From NCBI GenBank assembly GCA_021432655.1, contig MU271422.1:1-64000 (forward strand): a stretch of 64,000 nucleotides of DNA. The letters run 5' to 3'. Origin of the DNA: Atractiella rhizophila. Lineage: Eukaryota. Of the stretch, positions 48,573-62,183 are shown one piece after another. The notes beneath the pieces were generated by a model that saw nothing but the letters and a program-made list of their open reading frames with translations, was not told the DNA's origin and did not search any database. Positions within the stretch are counted from its first letter, which is position 1. Each line of letters begins with the position of its first letter. Position numbers and translations under genes: made by a program.

Positions 48573-49099
48573 TTACTTCCTGTTGAGTTCCTCTTGACGC
48601 TGAAGAACAATTTTCAATGCTTAAGTCACTTTGGGGGCGGAACACGAACCTTTCTCAACTCATCCCGTCCCAAAGGCTCCTCCAAGCTATGAGCAGTCTC
48701 CTTGGAGGGGATATGAGGTCCGGGGGCGGTCTGAACGCCAGCCCCTCCACCGAAGAATTTAGCGTCGTGACGCTTCCAATCCTCTTCCTTCAAATCACTG
48801 GGATCGTTCGTTTTCGCGGGGTGAGGGCTAAAATCCACATCAGCCTTTAAACGACAGAGGAGATTGAGAGACATACAGAATACCAAAGCTTCCACCCTTC
48901 CCGTCCCCATGTAACCCCCTGACTTCTTTAGGATTGTTATGAGCACCATGTTGTCCTTGCTGAGGTCCTGTGGGAGGATGTGGCCTGTGAAGCTCTGTCA
49001 GCTCAGCAAGAGACGGTGGCAAGAACAGGTATACAGAATGCTGTATATTTTGTCCTTGAGACTGTGTCGATCATTCTCGTTGGGATTGTCAATAGTCAT
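48573..49099 (-). CDS. Small hydrophilic hypothetical protein, multi-exon
   Basis: MTIDNPNENDRHSLKDK...TAPGPHIPSKETAHSLEEPLGRDELRK-RQEELNRK*, with GT-AG introns. Confidence 0.6.
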
Positions 49100-49551
49100 C
49101 GTGATTCAAGTAATATGAACGGTAGCTGAATTTCTGATTCGATAAATGTGTTCTGGACTGGACGAAAGGGAAACAGAACCTTTTATGCAGCAAAGGAGTG
49201 ACGTCAGTATGTGCGCGTACCTTGACTTGACTCGTTGAGCCTGACGTTCAGTTCACGTGACTACGCTACAGTGAGCTTAGGTGCAACGATCGACTTCTAT
49301 TGAGTGTATATACCTGCTCCTGCATAACAAGAAATAGAACGACTGCATCATACTCTGCTAGCACGCACGATATCCATCCAAAATCCCATCCTTCCTCACT
49401 CTGCACTCGATGACTGCTTCGAAAGGAAGAAAACCATGTACACGAAACCGACACATCAATAAAAAGCTCTACCAACTGGTGTCTCGTTGTCGTCGTAATG
49501 GTCTGTTCTATGATGCTCTTTAGGATTGGGATCCCTCGTAAGCGACGGCTT

Positions 49552-50979
49552 AATCCATGGGACGACACGAACATGCTGTTATAAGGCCTGGAGGAATGGT
49601 GAGCTTTGGGCATAGGTTGGATAAAGATGCTTACTTGACGATCCCACCACGAATGAACTTGAGATCTTTCGTCACTACATATGAAGGACGTCAGCCCGTG
49701 TGTCCACAGACAGGACCAAGTTCTATATGTACCGAAGTACTAAGCCTCTGCATCACTAGTTTCAGAAACTTCGTCGATACATAGACCGCTATCATAGAGA
49801 CCAGCGGGTGCGATTCTCTTTTCTTGTCATCTTTCAGCAACAAAAAGAACGCTCCAGCAATCATGCTAAATTAGGAAGACAAAGAGCTCTCAAACCTCAC
49901 AAACGAAACGAGAGGACTATATAGAACCTGCACCTAACACACCACACCCAAAACGACCTGCCTTATCGAAGACGAAGGCACATACAGTTCACACCTTTAA
50001 TTGCGGTGACAAAACGTATGATCGGTGGATAAAGGAGAAGCTTGGGAACTGCAAAAAGGGATGCATTTGAAGAAGATGCCGAGAGATGTCTCCCCTTCGT
50101 CCATCCAGCAACATCTTAGCCACCTTTCTCTCCCTCCAAGGCCGTAGAATCGACATCACATCCGCGGAGCGCGCTATATTCAGGGAGCCACGTCTCTCTC
50201 TATATATAACGACCAATGTGCGGAGAGAACATGGAGAGCCGACTTTCATCAAGGTAGCAGAGATGCTGAAGTGACAGGAGTTCGGGATACGAAACTCTGG
50301 ACCGACTTTTCGCTTTCAACCTAAAGCTTTGCGCTCGACACCCTGGAGTTCTCCATCTCCACCTCTTTAAGGTAAGATGACGCAAGGATTGGAGTTTAAA
50401 AGGTAGCCTCCTTTCTCCCTTCAAGCACAGCAGCGGATTACTGTAAACACGACAGTTTCTTCCCGCATATAAGGAAAGACAAAAGAACCCCTGGAATGTT
50501 GAAACTTTTGGAGAAAGAACACTCACGACTCCACCTGAGCACTTCCACCATCCTTCCTAGCTCATCCTCGCTCTCTCCAATCATAGCGAATATATCAGGT
50601 CTATCGAGGTAACACCAGTACTCCAAGTTTCCCACCGGCTCGAGGAGGTTCGACGGCAGACTCAATCTGACAGCGGCGAGATCTACCACCAGTCACCAGT
50701 TCATCCCGCGCAAAAAAAGCATCCAAGCGTACCCTTGACGCCCAACATCTTCTTCAGTATCCCCAACAGCTGTTTGACCCTGCTCCCTTCGCTCTGCACC
50801 TCCCCATCACGGACGGAGACCATGTCTGCGGCGTCCGGATGGATGACGACCGCCTCCCCGTTCTCGTCTTCGTACGACTCTCCCAGTGCGGTGGGCGTGA
50901 GAGAGAGCGTGCTGGGTGTGGGAGACTTGAGTGGACTGGGAGGGGCGGAGGGAGACTTGGAGGGTCTGAGCCAGGACAT
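49552..50979 (-). pseudogene. Truncated oxysterol-binding protein copy B
   Basis: Exons run through TKDLKFIRGGIVK-PYNSM, then homology stops at 49552. Confidence 0.8.
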
Positions 50980-51166
50980 GGTGGTTTATTTCTAGCCTAG
51001 ACTGGAAGGTGGCTCTTGAAAGAGGGAGAGGTGATAAGGAGATAGTAAGGTGGAAGAGGCTGAAGGAAGAGTTGGGATGGAAACAAAGAAAGAAACGTTG
51101 GTTGATTGGTTGACTGGGTTGATGCAAGATGCAAGCGGAACGTGTTCCGAACTCCGCCAATCGTAA
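49552..51166. repeat. 1.6-kb direct repeat of 52207-53827 (OSBP 5' half plus leader)
   Basis: Colinear with scattered substitutions. Both copies encode MSWLRPSKSP... and SLPSNLLEPVGNLEYW. Confidence 0.95.
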
Positions 51167-53643
51167 TCCTCACCGCGGGTCCGCTTCCAGGTCATCTTTG
51201 TACGCCAGGACCCTTCAAAGGTGGCAACGATCCGATCGGCGGGCACATCCTTCATCATCCACTTCTCTTCCGTTTCATTGTTGCATTCATAAATGACGCC
51301 CTTGATCGCGAAACGTGGACGACTGATCCATCCCTGCATCGAAACATCAGATAAGCTCAATGAGAACACGGCTGAAAATGACACACCTCATCTAGGTATT
51401 GAGTAATGGCGCGCAATGATTTACCGTTCGAATTAGCTCGACGGCAGGTGATTGAAGTCTGTTCAGTGATGGTAACGTATGGCGAGAGCTTCACGATGCC
51501 CACGATAGAAGCGACCGGATGGGTAATCTGTTACCAGTGATGCGCATCGCATGAGGCTTTCCCTTTCTTTGGGGAGAGGCGAGTGAGACGGACCTGATAC
51601 TCTTCACCGCGCTCGGGAAGGTTGACGAAGATGCCCAAGTTCTTGACTCCGGGATAGATCTTGAGGCCTATTCATTCTCAACTAGTTGCAGCACAATCGC
51701 TGGAAAACACACTCGTTCCCGTAAATCGACCGCTGATCTGATCGATCCCGTAAGCTTGTATCCGTCGAGCTCCATCGTCGACGACGGTTTCATACCAGAA
51801 TGAAGATATAGGCGGGTGATGGCAGATCTATTTGATAAACATCAACACCCCATCTTTTCGTTTATTAGTAAAATCTGTTCACCTGTTCGGTGAGGAAGAC
51901 GGATCTCGCTTTCTTTCCATCACCTCCACGGCTGGGTCGTGTCGTATGAGTCTCAACAGAAGAAGACGAAGAGCTAGAAGCGCTGCTATTGACATTCAAC
52001 GAGCTATTCGCGGGAGAAGGGTTGATGCTAGAGCTGGAAGAGCTAGCCGGAGCTGAGGTCGAAGTAGAGGCAGTAGCACTTCCCAATTCCAGGAGACCCT
52101 CACTGACGAGAAGGTCCCCAGAAGCCGGATCCGTGGAGGCGATGGAGGTATCCCAACAGCAGCGAAATTGTTCTCCCAAACTGTGTGACTGATTAGGGGA
52201 GGAAAGAATCCATGGGACGACACGAACATGCTGTTATAAGGCCTGGAGGAATGGTGAGCTTTGAGCATAGGTTGACTAAGATACTCACTTGACGATCCCA
52301 CCACGAATGAACTTGAGGTCTTTCGTCACTACAGATGAAGGACGTCAGCCTATTTATCCCCAGAGACAAGACCAAGTACTGAAGGACTAAGCGCTCTGCA
52401 TCACAAGTTTGAGAACCTCCGTCGAAGCGCAAATACATAGACCGCTATCATAGAGACCAGTGTGTGCGATTCTCTTTTCTTGTCATCTTTCAGCAACAAA
52501 ATGAACGCTCCAACAATCATGCTAAATCGGGAGAGTGATAGGTGTCTCAAACCTGACGAACGAAACGAGAGGACAATATAGAATCCGCACTAAACACACC
52601 ACACCCAAAATGACCTGCCTTATCGAAGACGAAGGCACATACAGTTCACACCCTTAATCGGGGTGACAAAAGGTATGACTGGTGGGTAAAGGAGAAGCCA
52701 GGAACTGCAAAATGGGATGCATTTGAAGAAAATGCCGAGAAATGTGTCTCCTTCGTCCATCCAGCAACATCTTAGCCACCTTTCTCTCTCTCCAAGGCCG
52801 TAGAATCGACATCACATCCGCGGAGCGCGCAATATTCAGGGAGCCACGTCTCTCTCTATATATAACTACCATGGGGAGAAGTGCGGAGAGAACATGGAGA
52901 ACCGACTTTAATCAAGGTAGTAGAGATGCTGAAGTGACAGGAGTTCGGGATACGAAACTCTGGACCGACTTTTCGCCTTCAACCAAAAGCTTCGCGCTCG
53001 ACACCCTGGAGTTCTCCATCTCCACCTCTTTAAGGTAAGATGACGCAAGGATTGGAGTTTAAGAGCTAGCCTCCGTTCTCCCTTCAAGCCCAGCAGCGGA
53101 TTACTGTAAACACGACAGTTTTCTTCCCACATTTAAGGAAAGACAAAAGAACCCCTGGAATGTTGAAACTTTTGGAGAAAGAACACTCACGACTCCACCT
53201 GAGGACCTCCACCATCCTACCCAACTCATCCTCGCTCTCTCCAATCATAGCGAATATATCAGGTCTATCGAGGTAACACCAGTACTCCAAGTTTCCCACC
53301 GGCTCGAGGAGGTTCGACGGCAGACTCAATCTGACAGCGGCGAGATCTACCAGCAGTCACAAGTTCATCCCGCCCAAAAAAAGCATCCAAACGTACCTTT
53401 GACGCCCAACATCTTCTTCAGTATCCCCAACAGCTGTTTGACCCTGCTCCCTTCGCTCTGCACCTCCCCATCACGAACGGAGACCATGTCTGCGGCGTCC
53501 GGATGGATGACGACCGCCTCTCCGTTCTCGTCTTCGTACGACTCTCCCAGTGCGGTGGGCGTGAGAGAGAGCGTGCTGGGTGTGGGAGACTTGAGTGGGC
53601 TTGGAGGGGCGGAGGGAGACTTGGAGGGTCTGAGCCAGGACAT
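51167..53643 (-). CDS. Oxysterol-binding protein (Osh family) copy A, apparently 3'-truncated
   Basis: DLAAVRLSLPSNLLEP, RMVEVLRW, KPYNSMLGEQFRCCW, signature FLTEQICHHPPISSF, VATFEGSW. It fuses to the duplicated leader at 51166. Confidence 0.85.
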
Positions 53644-54001
53644 GGTTTATTTCTAGCCTAGACTCGAAGGTGGCTCTTGAAAGAGGGAGAGGTGATAAGG
53701 AGATGGTAAGGTGGAAGAGGCTGAAGGAAGAGTTGGGATGGAAACAAAGAAAGAAACGTTGGTTGATTGGTTGACTGGGTTGATGCAAGATGCAAGCGGA
53801 ACGTGTTCCGAACTCCGCCAATCGTAACTTCGTTCCTTTTCACGAGCTGCATTCGGACCTTTTGTTTATTTACGTAACGCGTCCCCTCACTTGCGCGTCA
53901 ATTCATCCATCTTACGCGTCCGTTCTTCCCTCCCATAAATCTCACAATCTTACCTTCTCTCTCAGACTGCCTCGAGCGTCAAACACAACGAGAGAAACAT
54001 C

Positions 54002-54941
54002 ATGGACCTCTTCGCTCCCCGTGTTGCCTCCCAACCAGCTGCATATCAGGTCGAATCCGACAGTGAAGAGAGTGAGTTCGAAGACGAGGCTGGGTTGCGG
54101 TTGCATCCTCGTCGCTCTCATCGTAAAGAAGAAGCTAAGATCGAGGTGGAATTTGAGGGAGAGAAGGGGAGGAAGGTCGAGGTTGGGTTTGGATTTGAGA
54201 AGGAGGAGAGGGGAGAGAGGGTTGGAAGGGTGTTGATTGATGGTGAAGAGGTGTGTTTTTGTCTTTGTTGCATCCTTCCTTGGTGCAGTGTCCATGAGAA
54301 GGGGAAGCTTGTGTTTATTCCTTGTGTAACTCATCGCGAGTTGTATCACTACTCCATTTCATTCTACGCGACATCATCGATACTGCAGAAGCCAGCAAAC
54401 CATCGCACAAGGCTTCATGCTCACAGCGCATAAGAATGGTATTCTAACCAATTCTAACCCATTATTGACGCATGATTTCGCACAGATCGGACAAATCCAT
54501 TCCCACGCCTCCACCAACACCCTCACCCTACACATCCCTCCCACCCTTCCGCTCCCCACCCTCTGGTCCCTCTCCACCGCCCTCCTCAGCACACTCTCCC
54601 CCTCCTCCCTCCTCCTCCTCCTCCCCCACTCCACAACCGCCTACCTCCGCACCTCCCCCTCCTCTCCTCCCATCCCAAAAACCTCACCTCGCCCCGCACC
54701 ACCCCTCCAACCCCCAACGCTGTTGACCGGCGCACCAGCGGCGCTTATGGCCCTTGCGAATGCCCATGGAGTGGAGTGTACGGCGGTGTGTGTGCAGAGG
54801 GGGAGTGCTGTGCCGCCTGGGATGGTGGATTATGGACTTTCGGCGGAGGGTGGAGAGGGGGAGGTGGAGGGGTGGAAGGCGGTGAAGGTTAGGAAGGATA
54901 AGGGGAGGAAGGACAGGGGCGATTCTGGAATGTATATTTGA
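54002..54941 (+). CDS. Putative proteasome assembly chaperone 1 (PAC1/Pba1-like)
   Basis: N-terminal YQVESDSEESE, LQPPTLLTGAPAALM, and C-terminal MYI (HbYX motif). Confidence 0.55.
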
Positions 54942-55519
54942 GAGATGGTGGATGGAATGGCGGCTGGAATTGTGTTGTGAGTTGTTGTGTAGCATTCAAG
55001 TTTGTGGTGCAACGAAATTAAGTCCGAAATGTCATTATGAGTTACGGCAGGACAGCTTGGGACTTGCATCCAACAACCGCATCGTCAACAGCAGGTGCCA
55101 GTGCTCGAACTAAACAAACTTAGTCAACCCCATCAGCAAGCCAAGTCGTGCCAATCGCTTCCATCCGTGTTTGTGTTTCCACAAAAGGGAAGCGTAACTT
55201 CGATTTAAGTGAAGTATCTGCGGATCTGAACTCCGTCATTACCATCACTGCCGCTCATGACCAATTGTAAAGCTTCCCGTTCAGTTTGTTTTCGTCGTTC
55301 GCGGCTTACTCGGGCCCCGAGCTTTCGTACGATCATTGGCGTACAAAGGACTATGAGAGGCGATAATAAATACACGGTCAACGGGAAGTCCGACCAGGAC
55401 GTCGCCTAAATAAAGGCTCGTGAGAGGAAGAGGAATGTTCTCTCCACGGTCGAAGCGATTCCCGAGACCTATTAGTAGCTTAGGAGGTGACTGCCAGCGT
55501 CAGGAGAGAAAGAGGGAAA

Positions 55520-56790
55520 ATGTCGAGAGATAGACTGGCTGCGTTTCAGGTTCGTCCCTTCGACTACATCCAGATTACAGTAGCACTGAGATGGCTGAGA
55601 TGCTTTCGAAGAACCAGGCTTCACTTGGAGGAAACTCGAACGCTCCAACGACAAATGGCTCCGATCATCCTCGTAGCCTGGAAGCTGGAGAAGGAGGGAA
55701 CGATTTTAATCATGAGGTGCGTTACAAGTTCTCACTCCGCTCCTTTTCAAAGCTACCAAAAGCTTTGAAATACTCATAGCTCGTCAATTTCTGAATATCC
55801 TCTAACGAGATTCATTCCCAGTTCTCAGTAATTCAAGACCAGCTCTCCTCCCTCAGTGGCACGATCCAACAACTGTCCTCCACCCAAGAACAAGCACTGT
55901 CTTCTCCAGATCGTGACCCATCCACCACCAAAAACGTTCAAAGACTTCAAGAGGAGGCTTCTCGTTCATTGAGCAATATCAAGAGCCATCTCACTCGTTT
56001 GGAGAAGTCTATCGCGCGTCTGCCAGCAGGGGATGATAAGAAAGTCCGGCTTCAACAGGCGGCTGCCCTTAAGAACAGGTTCAAAGGAGTCATTGAGGAA
56101 TATCAAAAGGAAGAGAAGAAGAATAGGGACAAACTGAGGGAGCGGATGGAGAGACAGTATAAGATTGTGAAACCTGAGGCGGTGGGTCTGAAATCGGTCT
56201 CCGTGAGAGGAAGGCTGATGAAGAGCAGACGGACGAGGAAGTGCGAAGCGCGATCGAGGACGGCAGGGGAGACCAGATATTTTCTCAAGCTGTGAGCACT
56301 TCTGTGCGTCATCCGCTCACAAGCCAATGACAGCGTGGAAGCTTTTGAACTCGAATCGATATTCGGATGCGAGGAGTGCTTACCAGGATGTCCAAGAAAG
56401 GAGGGACGAAATAAAGAAGATCGAACAGACGATGACCCAACTTGCCCAACTCGTCAATGAGGTCTGTTCGGTTTCTCCATCTCAGTGAGGACTGTCCTTA
56501 CGCTCTTATGCAGCTCTCAATCATGGTTGAACAAGACGATGAGAAGATAGAGCGCATTAATGAGAAGGTGGACGATACGACTAGAGATATGGGCTTTGCG
56601 TATGTCCTCTCCTATTGCTTTTACTTATGGTTGATACCGTACGAACTTTGCTTGTACTAGGCTGAAAAACATGCGGGAAGCGGTCAAGAGCGCTCGAAAC
56701 GCGCGCAAGCTTAGGTGGTATCTCTTCGGGTGTTTCGTTTTGATAATCGTCGTTCTCGCCATCGTCTTGGGAGTGGTCTTCGGAACCTAA
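55520..56790 (+). CDS. Plasma-membrane syntaxin (Sso1-like Qa t-SNARE)
   Basis: MSRDRLAAF, ERQYKIVKPEA-TDEEV, AYQDVQERRDEIKKIEQTMTQLAQL, AVKSARNARKLRW plus C-terminal TM. Confidence 0.92.
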
Positions 56791-57696
56791 CGGGCTTCAA
56801 TCCTTTTTTTGCTGCAACAAACAATTGTCACATTTGCTTTAAACGTTCTCGTATCCTTTAACGGCCCCCCACCTCGATGTGTCAAGTTCTTGGTTTGAAC
56901 GGACTCTTGGATTCTGCTGGTAGTGCTGTCCTGTGTATTGTGAATTAATATACGAGAATCAGTCAAGTTGGGAAACGCCTCCGGGCATGACAGCAAGAAG
57001 TAGCACACGTTATGTCTGTTCTTTTGCCACTGTTTGCAGGAGAGATGTAATCTAATATCAATACTCTCTCAGTCCACAGTTTGCATGCCCCACGGCCCTG
57101 GCGGTACAGGAGTCACGAGAAGAGAGGTTACGGATTGGAGATGGGGATGACAGGGGATGGGGATGAACCAAAGATAGCTGACACTTTCCTTCGACAGTGC
57201 ATCTGCGGCCGCGATATCCACGACTGTGACGTGAAAGACAGGTTGACTTCGCTCCGTCCGAGCTCTTTCTCGTAAGAACCCCCACAAATCACATCCTCAC
57301 ATCACCTTGGCACCTGCCAAGCGAAGGAGCAGAAGGAAGGGAAAGAAGGGGCCGAGTTTTTTCCGGGGATTCGACCTGTGCTCTCAGGTCCAAATGCGTC
57401 GTGTACCCAGGACAAAAGTTCGTGTCCGCTTTGGGCACAGGTCGACGCGACAATCAGTGTCCGAAAACAGCCAACAATCGCAATCAGCTTGGTGTACAGG
57501 TTCTGCTGCAGAATCCGGATAAAAATGTCGAACGTCCACCAGAAAAGATTTCATTCATCCTTCTTACTCAATTCTGGACTCTATCATCCTATATAACAAC
57601 GAATTTGCATCGATTTTTGCTTTCAAGATTCAAGGTCCGCTCTTCCTCTGCCCTCACTTACGGTTATCTCATCTTACTTGCTTGATTGCTGGGTAG

Positions 57697-59062
57697 ATGG
57701 AATTGGTGCACCATTTCATTGCGCGTCAAACCACACAAGGGTCGTTAGTCCCTGGAACAAATTTGACGGTCGAACAATATTGCGACCAAGTACGAGACAG
57801 CGAGCCGAAGCTTTACGATTTGCCAGGTTATGATCCGACGCATGATCTCTGCAATCCCTATCGTTACATGCCTTCCAAGGCATGGGGTTTTGCCAGTGTC
57901 ATTCTCTTGTGGGTCTCATCGCTTTCTTTCAGGCCAGAAAGGAAACTCACCGTATTTATCGACAGCGGCATAGCAACACTCGCTCATCTCTTTCTCACCA
58001 TCAGAACGAGGAGATGGTGGCTCCTCAATTGGGTCGTCGGAGGCGCTCTCGAAACCTTGGGATGGGTGGGCAGGTTGATCGGTGGCTATGATCCCTACTC
58101 GCAAACTGCCTTCATAATCCAAGTCGTTTGCCTCATCATTGCTCCCGCTTTCTTTTCGTCAGTATATTCCCTCACCTATCTATTGCGTTCCTGAACACAT
58201 CTGTCTCAGGGCTGCGATCTATGGCATTCTTGGCTGGGTCATCTCGGCAACGAGCTCGAAATACTCCATTATCAGACCAAACCGATATTGGATTATATTC
58301 GTCTGTCTTCTCCCCTTTTGCCCGGTCAACGTTAATTCATGCAACACAGATTACTGGAGATATTGTATCACTAGTCGTACAAGCGATTGGCGGAGGCGTT
58401 GCATCAGCTGGATCAAACAGCAATGATGTGAAGAAGCTCCATCGAGGCAGTGACATCATGGTTTGTCCTCTTCCATCGTCACCTTCACCCTCACCCGCAT
58501 ATTTACTCGTACAATGCTCTGGGATTAGCTTGGCGGGATCATTGTCCAACTGGCCGTAATGATTATTTTCTCCGTATTCGCCCTTCACTTTTGGAACGGG
58601 CTGAGGAAATCGCCTCTCGCTCCCCATATCCGCGCAACGCCAGGCTTGGAGCGTCTGCACTGGCTCGGCTGGGGACTAGTCTTCGGTAGCACTATGATCA
58701 TCCTTCGAGGCATTTACCGAGTCATAGAACTTGCGGAAGGCTGGCGTGGTTATCTCAGTAGGTTTCCGCTTGGCCCTTTTCCTTTACAATCAACTGGCAA
58801 CGGCTGACGTTGGTTTTACCATCAAGTGTTGCACGAATTCTGGTTTCTTTTCGACATGCTGCCCTGCTTGATCTGTCTCCTGATTTTCATCCCCGCCAGT
58901 CCACTTTTTGCCCTTCCTCGTGGATATCAAACGGCAGAAGATTTGGCGAGGAGGTCTGATGTCAGCTATGTCCCTGATGGTGAGAAGACTACTTCAAGTG
59001 ATGATGAGACAAGGGTTGGTGTCGAGAGGGGGGATCAGAAGGCATGGAAGGAAAGGGAGTAG
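57697..59062 (+). CDS. RTA1-like 7-TM protein
   Basis: NPYRYMPS, GGALETLGWVGR, FIIQVVCLIIAPAFF, GDIVSLVVQAIGGGVAS, RGIYRVIELAEGWRGYL, HEFWFLFD. Confidence 0.92.
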
Positions 59063-59480
59063 AATTGTTAATGGACACTTGAATGAGTAGTAAGAGTTAA
59101 CCTGTCCACGTGAGACGTGTCGTTTTCATATATTGCATACAAGTTGTGTTTCAATAACCCGTTGTCCAGCCTACATTTGTGCATGGTACTTGCTGAACCT
59201 ACGGAAGAGTTATGTGCGAACTAGAGATGAGTTGCAGCGGGATAGGAGGTGAAGGCAATAATATTCATTGTCACGTGTCATATGGCTTCCCGCCCCCGCA
59301 TCTCCTTGCACCCCATCGATGAAGCGATCTCTCTGCCGAGTAGCTCGCTGGAATCGACCATCACGAATCTCTACACCAGTTGTAGCGTTCCCTGCCATCC
59401 ATTTCTTGCGAACAAATCGAACTGTCCCAACAACCTCAACGCATCCAGTACAATATTTCCAGCGTAGTTTGACTTACAGA

Positions 59481-62124
59481 ATGGGTGCCCCAGTCAAAGC
59501 CAATGCTCCTCCTGTGGACACAACTGAAAGAGTTAGACGCGTGCGGGAGCTCATGAAGCAGGAAGGTGTCGATGTTTAGTATGTATTCAAGAAAGCTTTG
59601 AGCAAGCTAACCGGTGTTGCTAGTATCGTGAGAAGTGAAGATGCACATTCGTCCGAGTATGCTCCTTTTTGATTCAGAAAAGTAAGCGACATTTATATGC
59701 ATGCAGATATGTTGCCGAATGCGACAAAAGGAGGGACTTTCTCACCGGTTTTACTGGATCAGCAGGACGTGGGAATATTTCTTGATTCATTCACGAAGTA
59801 CAGCGCTTACTGACTGACAGTGGCCCTCATCACACTGGACAAAGCTTACCTTTTCACGGATGGCCGGTACTTCTTGCAGGCATCTCAACAGTTGGATAGT
59901 AACTGGGAGTTGGTGAAAACGGGGTTGACGGGTTCGTTTCCCTTTGCCATTCACGTAAGACTGATTATGGCTCGTAGACGATATGACGCCGTACAAGTTC
60001 ATCAAGACCAAACTTCCGGCAACGACTCGGATCGGTGTGGATCCTATGTCTTATCCTTACCGTCCGTTACACTTCCTGTCCCTTTCATCTTTCCGACTGT
60101 GTGATTCGTAGCGGACGCGAAAGAGTTTCGTGACCTCCTTTCCGCTACCGGAGGAGCCGTAGTTTCTTTATCGGTGAATATTGGAGAGAAAGTGTGGGAA
60201 GAGTCGTCTACGCGACCTAAGCGAGACCTGAATGCAATTACCGTTTTGAGCGAGGATTTCTGCGGCAAGAGCTTCGAGAGCAAGGTCGAGGATTTGGTCA
60301 AGACTATAAAGGAAGAGGGCGGAGTAGGGTATTTCTCTGGTTTGTTTCTCTTCCGAATCTATCGCCTGGCGCCAGCTTATGGTTGTCAAAGCCAAATTGG
60401 ACGATATTGCCTGGTTGTTCAACCTCAGAGGAACCGACGTCGAATATAACCCAGTCTTCTTTTCCTACGCATGGATACCGATTGAGGGTGACCCTGTCCT
60501 GTTCATCCACGCGGAACAGGTATCAGAGAACCTAAAGAAGCATCTGAGCGGGAAGGTGAAAATTGAAGAGTACCAGAAGGTCAGAGAATGGATGGAAAAC
60601 TATACTAAGTCTGTCAAAAAGGACGAGAAGGTTGGTTGATCCTGCCTAGTATGGAATACCACTAACATGGGACCTGATTTGAGGTACTCCTCGGAGTCGA
60701 GACATCCGTGGCTCTAGTCGACCTCTTCGCGTCAGATCAGGTCAAACTCATCGCCTCTCCCATCGCTCTCGCTAAAGCGGTAAAAAATGCCAAAGAGATC
60801 GAGGGCTTTCGCCAATCACACATCCGCGATGGTGCAGCTCTGGTAAGTCTCCGTTATCCACTAGCTGTCGACTGAAATGAAGAACAGGTATCATATTTCG
60901 CTTGGTTGGAGGAAGAGTTACTCAATGGCAAGGAGATTTCAGAGGTGGAAGGAGCCGACGAGCTTGAGCGGAGGCGCTCGTAAGTTGTATCTCACTGTGT
61001 TCGACTAACTCTGCTCAACGACAGCAAACAGGCAGTTGAAACATTACAGAGGGCTCTCGTTCAACACAATCTCCTCAACTGGCTCTAACGCAGCCATCAT
61101 CCATTACTCACCAGACAGAGAGACATGCCCATTGATTAACAAAGACGAAGTGTTTTTTTTTTGTCCTGCAGAACTTGATTTATTCACCTGCCCAGATTTA
61201 CCTGTGCGATTCTGGGGCTCAATTTACGGATGGTACTACGGATGTCACTCGCACTCTGGTAAATTTCCATTTTCTTTTCCCCACGTCTTAACTTTCCTGT
61301 AGCACTTCACAACCCCGAAACCATTTGAGAAACGAGCGTTCACCCGAGTTTTGCAAGGGCACATTGCAATTGATCAGGTGGTCTTCCCTACTGGGACAAC
61401 TGGATATCGACTTGATCCTTTGGCGAGGAGAGCGCTTTGGAGCGACGGATTGGATTACCGCCATGGGTGCGCTTCCCCAGTTGGTCATCTTGCGATATGA
61501 AACTCACAATTGGTAGCACTGGTCACGGCGTCGGCCATTTCTTGAATGTTCACGAGGGTCCTCAAGGAATCGGAATGAGAATAGCATTTAACAACACTCA
61601 CCTCGTTGAGGGCATGGTGCTATCTAATGGCAAGCTACTTATTCGCATACCAACTCGCACTGAACCTACGTCCATAGAACCAGGATACTATGAAGATGGC
61701 GCTTTTGGTATAAGGCATGTTCGCGTTAAACAGAGAATTCAGAGATTAATGTCACTCTAGGATTGAGAATCTCGTCGTTGTGCAACCTGTGCGTCTTAGT
61801 CTAGAATTGCCCAGCTAAATACTAATGAATTACAAGCAGACGACTCCGCCAAATAACTTTGGTAACCAGAAATGGTTCAGATTCGAGCGCCTCACCATGG
61901 TGTGTCATCCCCCTACAGATGCGTCAACAAGTCTGAGTGCGTTCTTAGGCACCGATCCAGACAAAGCTCATCGATACTTCCATCTTGACCCTTTCTGAAA
62001 AGGAATGGGTTAACAATTATCACAAGGAAGTTTTCGAAAAAGGTTTCTCTCTGTTGGAGATATGAAAGACGAGAGAGCTCTGAATTGGCTGAATGCAGGG
62101 AAATATGAGGAGTGTCATCAGTAA
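59481..62124 (+). CDS. Xaa-Pro aminopeptidase P (M24B), multi-exon
   Basis: [105 protein letters not shown]. The 3' end has apparent indels next to the gap. Confidence 0.95.
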
Positions 62125-62183
62125 TACTCGCTTTATTCTCCTTGAATGGATTTCGTGCAAAAGGACTTTGCTTTGCTGAGAGG

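Noticed and set aside
55520..56790. SNARE guardee of the patatin NLR, by analogy with plp-1/sec-9
   Set aside because: It is a syntaxin (Qa), not Sec9, and lies more than 40 kb away. There is no evidence of functional linkage.
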